Shown: piece by piece, positions 55,871 to 64,000 of the stretch | How the letters are laid out: each line of letters starts with the position of its first letter | How positions within the stretch are numbered: position 1 is the first letter of the stretch | NCBI GenBank assembly: GCA_002104945.1 | Contig: MCFH01000038.1 | Coordinates: 248,001-312,000 of the forward strand | Reading direction: 5' to 3' | DNA from: Piromyces finnis finn | Taxonomy: Eukaryota; Fungi; Neocallimastigomycota | DNA: 64,000 bases | Notes under the pieces: generated by a model | Told to the model about the DNA's origin: nothing | Databases searched by the model: none | The model's input: only the letters and a program-made list of their open reading frames with translations | Position numbers and translations under genes: made by a program

Positions 55871-57164
55871 TTTTTTTTTTTTTAATAAATGTCTTTTAAA
55901 AATAATATTTAAAATTATTATTAATAATATTATTATTAATTATGAAATTATGGAAAAAGAAAAACCTAATCATATTAATGAATAATGAAATGAGTATAAA
56001 TTTAAAATAGTATTATTATTTAATGTTTTTTTTTTTTCCTTTGAAGAATGGTAGAATTTTTTTTTTTTTTTTTTTTTGTAAAGTTAGAATAAAATAATCC
56101 ATTTATTATAATATTTAAAAAAAAAAAAAAAAAACCATTGGATAAAGTAGTAAAAAGTCAACAACAATTTAAAATAGACAATAATAAAAAAAAAAAGAGA
56201 AATGACTTTATATAGAAAGAAAAATTAAGAATACGAGTAGAAATGGCTGAAATATTTTTCTTTATCCTACACAACCCATCCTTTTAGGAGTCAAAATGAA
56301 ATTATAAAATTAATATTACCATCATAGATATTATATATGATATTATATATCAGGAATAATATATATATTTTTTTTTTCCTTTTTTAATATAAACTATAAA
56401 GTTATTAATGTTACACAAATAATTCTATAAAGAGGATCATCATGGGTGGATTTTTTTTTTTTTACTTTAATGATTAGTTTTAGCTGTAAAACAAAGCAAA
56501 ACTTAAAAATATCAATAACCTAATCTATTTGTTTGATTTCCTATTTTTAATAATTTTTTATTCCTAAAAATAATACACAACATTCACTTTATAAAAAAGT
56601 ACTTTTTTTTATTTTTATGTAGTAAATCGTTTTATTTTTAAAATATATATATATATTTTTTTTGGCAATTCAACTCTATAAAATATATTAGTTTATAGTC
56701 TAATATACTTGTGTTTTACATCCCCGTATAACAATAATGATCAACAATACTAAACTCTAAATAATTTTTTTTTTGGTTTTTGATGATGGTAAAATCTTAT
56801 TTATTAAAGTTTTACTTTTATATAATAATTTAAATTAAAAACATTAATAAATGTAAATTATTGGCTAGGAAGGAGAATGCTCAAAAAGAATAATAAATAA
56901 AATTTTTTATAATATTTATACTATTTTTTTTTTCCATAAAATGTATGATAGTGGTATAAAATAATAAATATAATTTGAAACATTTTAAGGATGATAATTT
57001 ATATTTGATAGGCAGTCATTTGAAAAAAAATGCTGTGCGATATTCTTTTATAATTGATTACTCATTTTTTGTTTATTCTGGTAAAACAAATGTATTTTAA
57101 TTGGGAAGAAAGAGAATGGAAAAAAGTAAACATAATATGGTAATTTGTTATTTATATTCTCAAC

Positions 57165-58196
57165 TTATTTATTTATAATATAACTCTGGGCGGTTTCGAT
57201 ATACATATCTTGTGAAACACTTAAAACATCATTATTATAGGAAATTTCATTTTCATTTGACATATCAAATATTATATCGTGTAGCGTATTTATCACCTCA
57301 TGCCCATTATCTGGAGCCATTATTGGACTAATAGTTTCAGTACTGTTAATATTAACAGTACTCATACCTTCTCCTTTTATAGTACTTATACTGGAATCTG
57401 AGTATTCATATTCATTTAATACATCTCTATTTGGATCTTCGGTTTGACCATTTAATGGTGCTATATTATTGAAATTTATCATATCGTCACTCATTATTCC
57501 ATTTGATCTTTTTCTATGGACAATAAATAAAGCTCCAAGAGTAAATAATGATATAAGTGATAAAACTAAAGCAGTTGTTCCTGTCCATGAACCAGCACTT
57601 AAAACAGTAATATTGCAATTTTTATCAGATGTATTAACATTTGCTTCCTTATCAATTCCAGCTTTATTATCTATATTGTCTTGATTAGTAGTAGCAACCG
57701 CATTATTTTGAGCGTATTGCATTTTATCATTATTAGTATTTGTATTATTTTCGGTAACATCCATAGCTATAATAGGATTGGGATTATTAGTTGCATTTGT
57801 TGGATTAATTGTTGACGTTGCAGTAGTTTTTGTTTTACTACTACTTTTACTCGTTGTTTTTGGCTTTGCTTTTGTTGTAGTTTTCTTATCATTATTATTA
57901 TTGTTGTTATTTTGTGGTGGCCAATTTGGTACTCCCCAATCTGCTGGTGGTTGTGGCCAGCCATTTTGTTGTGGTTGCCAACCATCTTGTTGTGGTTGCC
58001 AACCATTTTGTTGTGGTTGCCAGCTATCTTGTTGTGGTTGCCAACCATTTTGCTGTGGTTGCCAGCTATCTTGTTGTGGTTGCCAACCATTTTGCTGTGG
58101 TTGTTGCCAATTTGGCCATTGCCATTGTTTCTTTGTTAATTTATTAGTAATATTTTGTTCATCTGAACTTATCTTTTTCTCATTATTAATATACAT
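57165..58196 (-). CDS. Single-pass membrane / cell-surface protein with (QQNGWQP/QQDSWQP)n repeats and a Thr/Lys/Asn-rich stalk
   Basis: 343-aa ORF with heptad repeats, a T/S/K-rich segment, one hydrophobic helix (TTALVLSLISLFTLGALFIV) followed by HRKR, and an acidic tail. No signal peptide in the ORF, so a 5' exon may be missing. Confidence 0.7.
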   Translation of the reverse strand: MYINNEKKISSDEQNITNKLTKKQWQWPNWQQPQQNGWQPQQDSWQPQQNGWQPQQDSWQPQQNGWQPQQDGWQPQQNGWPQPPADWGVPNWPPQNNNNNNNDKKTTTKAKPKTTSKSSSKTKTTATSTINPTNATNNPNPIIAMDVTENNTNTNNDKMQYAQNNAVATTNQDNIDNKAGIDKEANVNTSDKNCNITVLSAGSWTGTTALVLSLISLFTLGALFIVHRKRSNGIMSDDMINFNNIAPLNGQTEDPNRDVLNEYEYSDSSISTIKGEGMSTVNINSTETISPIMAPDNGHEVINTLHDIIFDMSNENEISYNNDVLSVSQDMYIETAQSYIINK

Positions 58197-60309
58197 TTTT
58201 ATTTATTTATTTTTGAAAAATAAAAATGAATATATATTGTTTATTTTTTTTTTGATTTTGAAATTTGGTATAATTATATAGGTAATAAAGAACTTTATTA
58301 TAAATAATATTTATGTATATATAGATTTAAGTTTTAAATTTATATTTATGTTTAATTAAAATATAAATTTTTATACTATCATTACTTCATCTTAATTTAA
58401 TCTTTTAATTTTCTATTTTTTAATAATGTGGAAAGTGTATGAAAAAAGTAAAAAAAAAAAAAAAAAAAACTTTTAAAATATAAATACTTTTTATAGTATT
58501 AAATTATTTAATATATTTGTAAATAAATTTATAATATATTAATTGTTTTCAAAGTAAAAAAAAAATAAAATATATTAAATATATGTTATAATATATATTA
58601 AATATATAAATAATAAATTTTTAACTTAACAGAAACTATTATATTAAAATATAAAACATGATAACAAAACCTTAATTATTATTAATTATTTATATTAAAT
58701 AATACCAATATTGTAGGTAAAGGTTAGGTGAACTTGTAACTTTTTGTTGGCATTAAAATTTTAATAAATTACATGTTTTGTATTATTTACACAATCTGTC
58801 GTACTACATTGTACTACATAATCTAAAATATTATTGGACATAACCACTGGGTAGTTGATAATAGTTTGAAGGTAAAGTTTAATATAATATATAAATAAAT
58901 GAAGATCATTTGTATTAAATAAAATTTATTAATAAAAAAGTACAGGTTATCATTTCCTACTATTATGCTAATATGTTTGAGAAAGGTAATATTTGTATTT
59001 AATTAATAAATAATATTTTAATACTAAATAATACTTAGTATTAATAATAAATATTAATCATTAATAAATAATATTTGGTGTTAATAAACATTAACAAATA
59101 CTGTTTTAATAATAAATACATGTATAATAATAATAAATTTAATTTATAATTGTAAAAGAATTCAATACAAAATGGATCATAATGTATACAAATATAAGAA
59201 AGTATAATACTATAGGATTCTTTCTCTTTTATCAAGTAATAGCAATAGGTATTTAAAAAACTTTTAGATTTTCAACATAATATACTTTTATTTTTTTTTT
59301 TTTTGTAGATGTATTTTTTTTTATATCTAATATTATTATACTTTTATTTTAATAAAGATAAATAAAAATTAGTATTTATTTTTAAATAAAAAAAGTAAAT
59401 TTTTAGTTTTGTATTTTGTTTTATATTATAGTAATATAATACTAATTTATATTATATTATTCCCCACCCCTTTTATCATAATAATACCATTTGTTAATAA
59501 GAGTTTCAAGAAAAAATAAAAAAAAAAAAAAAAAAAAACTACAAAGTTAACTAAAAAAAGGAAAATCATTAATAAAAAATAACTGTAAAAAAAAAAAAAA
59601 ACTATTCACTTTAATATTTTATTATTTTTATTTGTATATTTATATATTAATTTTTATAAAATAAAATTCTACTTTAGGTTCTACAGATTATGCCATATAA
59701 TTATTACATAAAAAATTAAATAGATTTAAATATTAATACTAGTTACTTTATCATTTATGAAAATGTAATTGTTTTCATGAAGAAGGACTTTTAAAGTATA
59801 TTTATATATTACAAATATAATATTATATAGCAATTTTGATTTTTGATTTAATATGGTGTTGAAAAATGTTAATAGGAAATAGGTATATCTAAAGATTCAA
59901 TTAATAATCATATAATTAGTCAAGTTTTAAGAGGTGAGATATTCATTTGCTTTTTAATAAATTTTACTTAATGACTTGTTTCTTGAACTTTTTTTTTTAT
60001 ATTTTATTATTTATACTATTATAAAAGGACACATTTTTATAGGTATTAGTGTCCTTTCTATACATTATATAAAAAATATTTTATATTATGTATACAATAT
60101 TTGGTGATAGAGATAATAATTACTTGTTTTTTAATACTCATTTTTATTTCATATCATCTAGTAAAATCTATTTTAGACACACACACACAAAAAAATATTT
60201 GAAATTCCTTATTTTTATTATTATTCGAATTTTTTACGAAATAGGATGCATATATTGAAAATGGATGTAAATATATTATATGTATACATAATGTAATGTA
60301 ATATATTAG

Positions 60310-60774
60310 AACGATCTCTATCCATATTTGGTGATACTATTAAATTTAATCTTTTTTCTTCATCCGCTTGTCTTCAGAATTCTTCTACGACTCTATTACT
60401 CCATTCTTCCCAAATATACCATCTATTTATTTTTTAAATAATATATATATAAGAATTATTTCATTCAATGTTAAATTATAATATATATATATTGATATAA
60501 TTTTTTATTTTTTTTTTTATTTTGTTTAAAAAATTTAATATTTAAACTATTGAATAAAATTATATTTACGGTCTTGCAGGATTACTTATATCAGCTGTAT
60601 GTAATAAACCATTCAATATAATTCGACGCTGCTTTTCAGATAATAGTTGATACTGTTTACGTTCTAAAATACGAATACTTAAATTTAATTGATAAAGTTC
60701 TGTATCACTCAACCTACTTGAATTCGATGATTCCTCATATATAATATCATCATAAGATTGTTGCTGATTTTGAA
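60310..60774 (-). pseudogene. 3',5'-cyclic-nucleotide phosphodiesterase (class I PDE) C-terminal fragment
   Basis: Exon 60774-60570 ends LLHTADISNPAR. After an intron (60569-60423, GT..AG) the frame continues PWYIWEEWSNRVVEEF*RQADEEKRLNLIVSPNMDRD, matching the PDE consensus LHxADISNP...W...EEFxxQGDxEK...SPxMDR. In-frame TGA at 60376-60374; no upstream catalytic exons visible. Confidence 0.75.
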
Positions 60775-61205
60775 CTATAATTATCAAAATTATATAGTTA
60801 CAGAATGGAAATAAATATAAAAACTAAATTATAACACAATAAATATTTATATCAAAAAATATAAAACAACAACAACAACAACAACAATAATAATAAAAAT
60901 AAAAAAGGATTCCATATTTTTTATAGACAATTTGTTTTTTAAATTTTTTTTTTTTATAATTTATTTCATTTTTATGTATTTTTATATTGTTTCTTTTGTT
61001 ATACATTATATTTTTTTTTAACAAATTTTTAATACAACGAATTTTTCTTTTTTTATTGAAAAAAAAGTTATAATCTATATAACTTTTTATTTTTGTAATA
61101 AAAAAGAATTTATTGTTTTGAATCGTCTATAAACAATTGATTTATTATTAAAAATAAATCTATATACAAATCTATAAATATCGAAATTTATAAATGCTAT
61201 TCTTT

Positions 61206-63317
61206 CTAATTACATTTGTTAGAAATACCACACCATTCATTGTTTTCAATACCCCATTTACCATCATTATCGGTTGCATATACAACACAGTTATTGTCAC
61301 TACAACATTTATAACCTTGTGAAACAATTGAAAATGAACAAGAGGCAGTAGCAGAATTACTTGGTGAAGAAGCACAGCCACACCATTCACCATTTTCAAC
61401 ACCCCATGTACCACTTTCATCAACGTAAGTTATTTGACAATTACTAGAACAGCATTTGTAACCTTGGGCTAAGATAGCGGCAGAACATGCAGCAGCGTTT
61501 GATTGATTTTGACTTTGGTTGTTGTTTTGGTTATTGTTTTGATTGTTGTTTTGTTGAGCATTTGAATCTGTACGAACTAACTTCCATTGTTGATTAGCAC
61601 CACCATTATTACCCCATTGTAAAACATTACCACCATCAGACATAGATCCCTTTTCAACATCGAGATTCTTTCCACTGTTGGCATTTGTAATGGTGTAATA
61701 ACCATCACCAGTACTTTGAATACTCCAACGTTGGTTAAGGGCTCCAGTATCTGGCCAGATAATGACATTACCACCATTTTCAGTTGAATTTTCATTTACA
61801 TCAAGAGCTTTCTTGGCATTAACATTTATTAAACTAAAGTAATCACCTTCTTCACTAATAACCCATTGTTGACTACTCTTGTTGCTTTCGGACCATTGAA
61901 TGACATTAGCAGCGTTAGCAGTAGAATCGTTATTAACACTTAATACTTTTCCACTTTGACGGTTAATGATTTTGTAGGTACCATTAGCAACAGCTGGAGT
62001 AGTAGTAGAAGTTGAAGGTGGTTCAACGTAGCCACTTCCATCACCCTTAGTAATGAATACACGGTAACCAGAACTAGCATTAGTTCCAGTAATACTAATG
62101 GATAATTGTCCGTTTTCAACGCTATATTTCTTTTCAAAGATAGTGTTTGGACCATTACTTGGAGTATCCTTATCTCTCCAATCAACCTTTTCGACCTTAA
62201 CATTAGCGACAGATCCAATAAAGGATGGGATGTTTCTGAATGAAGCATTAATAGTACCATCATTTGGACCACCGAAAATAAAACTAATGTATTGTTTGCT
62301 AGAATCAACACAAGCAGCACCATCTACAAGCTTACTGTTATCATTTGGTGGAGTAACATAGACCATATCACCAGTCATATCACCGTACCATTTGTAGAAA
62401 TACCAACCAGCACCCTTTTGAGTATCAGTAGCTAATAAACTACCTAAACGACCTGGTTTTGGTACAAACCACCATGAAATCATAGCACTGTCAATCTTAT
62501 AACGTTCAAATTTACCAATGAAACGTGCACTAGAACCTGGTTGACCTTCTAATTCGTGTTCAGCATCACAATATTCATTAATACTAATTGGAAGTTCCTT
62601 GATACCAAGAGATTTTTCTAATTCACGGTAAGCCTTAATGTGGTTTGAAACATTTTCAATACCACTTAATTCATGCCAACACATAATATCTGGAATAACA
62701 TTATTAGTTTTACAGAATTGTAAGAATGAACGCATTCTACTTTCATTGTACCAACTATCACATGGACCAATAATCTTTTCATTTGGATCATTTTGACGAA
62801 TTACTTGGTAAGTTTGTTTCCAAAATTCGTTAAAGTTTAAACCATTAGAATCTTTCCATGTACCATCTGGTTCATTCCAAATTTCTAAACCGTACCAATT
62901 GGTTAAACCAGACTTTTTTTTATCAGCAATAAATGATTTAACTTCGTTTGCCCAGCTTTGCATACCTGGCCATTTATATGGCCAATATGGTAAAATATCA
63001 GCTAAATCAACAGAAACTAAGGCACCTGGGGTTTGTGCTAAACGTTTTGCAACTTTAATAGCATCACCATATGGATGTTGATTTCCATTTGCACCTCTTC
63101 CTGGATTACGCATAACAAATGGATGAATAGGATCAACTAAGGCATTATAATCCCCTGGAACATTTTCAATAATACCATATAAAGAACCATTAGCACAGTG
63201 TGTAGCTCCACGAATTTTGTTGGCACAATCTACTTTTAATGTATTTGCAGCCTTTACTGGAGCAATTGAAGCCACTAATAAGTGACAAGCAAGAACAATT
63301 AAAGATAAACTCTTCAT
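61206..63317 (-). CDS. Secreted GH39-like glycoside hydrolase with CBM13 (ricin-type) and two fungal non-catalytic dockerins
   Basis: Signal peptide; ATHCANGSLYG; clan GH-A acid/base WNEPD and nucleophile SINEY; three QxW repeats (SQQWV, NQRWS, NQQWK); two C-terminal dockerins (YKCCS...GTWGVENGEWCG and YKCCS...GKWGIENNEWCG). Intronless. Confidence 0.88.
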   Translation of the reverse strand: MKSLSLIVLACHLLVASIAPVKAANTLKVDCANKIRGATHCANGSLYGIIENVPGDYNALVDPIHPFVMRNPGRGANGNQHPYGDAIKVAKRLAQTPGALVSVDLADILPYWPYKWPGMQSWANEVKSFIADKKKSGLTNWYGLEIWNEPDGTWKDSNGLNFNEFWKQTYQVIRQNDPNEKIIGPCDSWYNESRMRSFLQFCKTNNVIPDIMCWHELSGIENVSNHIKAYRELEKSLGIKELPISINEYCDAEHELEGQPGSSARFIGKFERYKIDSAMISWWFVPKPGRLGSLLATDTQKGAGWYFYKWYGDMTGDMVYVTPPNDNSKLVDGAACVDSSKQYISFIFGGPNDGTINASFRNIPSFIGSVANVKVEKVDWRDKDTPSNGPNTIFEKKYSVENGQLSISITGTNASSGYRVFITKGDGSGYVEPPSTSTTTPAVANGTYKIINRQSGKVLSVNNDSTANAANVIQWSESNKSSQQWVISEEGDYFSLINVNAKKALDVNENSTENGGNVIIWPDTGALNQRWSIQSTGDGYYTITNANSGKNLDVEKGSMSDGGNVLQWGNNGGANQQWKLVRTDSNAQQNNNQNNNQNNNQSQNQSNAAACSAAILAQGYKCCSSNCQITYVDESGTWGVENGEWCGCASSPSNSATASCSFSIVSQGYKCCSDNNCVVYATDNDGKWGIENNEWCGISNKCN

Positions 63318-64000
63318 TATTATTATTACTAATAATATATATTTTTTTTTTAATTCTTATTTCTCTTTTTTTTTTTTTCTTAGGGTTATTTAATCAAGAT
63401 ATACCTTTCTTTTCAATTTTTTTCCTGTTTTTCAAATAAATAAAATTTATATATATATAAATAGTAAAGTAAAAGAATAAAAGAACTTTAAAGAAAATAA
63501 AATAATATACAACTGTATATATTTATTATAGTATTTTACACACTTCTTTTCCTTTTTACTTTAAATTTTTTAATATTAAAAAAAAATGAATTTAATTTTT
63601 TTTGAAATGGGAAATTTTCATTTTTATATTTTTTTGAAAACCTTTATTTTTTTATAAGAATTAAAGTTTATCATTTTTAGCTATATTAAAATGATTCACT
63701 ATTAATTGTAGATCAATAATTTATATACAATAATTTTTAATTTTAAATTTACAATAGTTATTAGAATTGTATAGTGATTAAATTAAATATTAAAAAAAAA
63801 TGAAAGAACAAACTTTATTTAATATAATATATATTAATTATAAACTTTAAAATTTATAAATTAATAGTAAAGAAAAATAATTAAAAAGATATTTAGTTTA
63901 ATTATAAATAAAATATTTTAATTTTATTTAATTAATAAGTTTATATTGTAATATTATTAAATTAATATATAAAATAAATGAAATAAAAGAAAGGAGCAAG

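Noticed and set aside
57778-58281. Cys-rich metallothionein/keratin-like ORF (CCGCQP)n on the + strand
   Set aside because: It is the antisense reading of the QQNGWQP repeats; the minus-strand ORF has coherent TM architecture.

Overview
Extremely AT-rich eukaryotic DNA. The short GT-AG introns, CBM1 and fungal non-catalytic dockerin domains, and GH11/GH39 enzymes point to an anaerobic gut fungus (Neocallimastigomycota); this is inferred from gene families. Contents in order: two tandem GH11 xylanases (the first runs off the left edge and is missing from the ORF track); a 216-bp poly(A)-tailed retro-insertion; a rhomboid protease; a spliced ~2971-aa gene fusing an N-terminal PLP alpha-oxoamine-synthase domain (SPT/LCB1-like) to an unusual reducing PKS (KS, Ser-less AT, DH, pseudo-ER, KR, no recognisable ACP, C-terminal crotonase-like domain); a sphingomyelinase-like gene directly downstream; a multi-exon HEAT/ARM-like gene; a type III glutamine synthetase; a head-to-tail array of a single-ORF LINE (near-intact, disabled and relic copies) whose 5' leader is built of hairpin modules and appears to be its own insertion target; a Q/W/P-repeat membrane protein; a cyclic-nucleotide phosphodiesterase pseudogene fragment; and a GH39-CBM13-2x dockerin enzyme. 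The two best candidates for an undescribed system are the oxoamine-synthase/PKS fusion beside a sphingomyelinase-like gene and the self-targeting LINE array. All family assignments come from motif recognition by eye; no searches were run.
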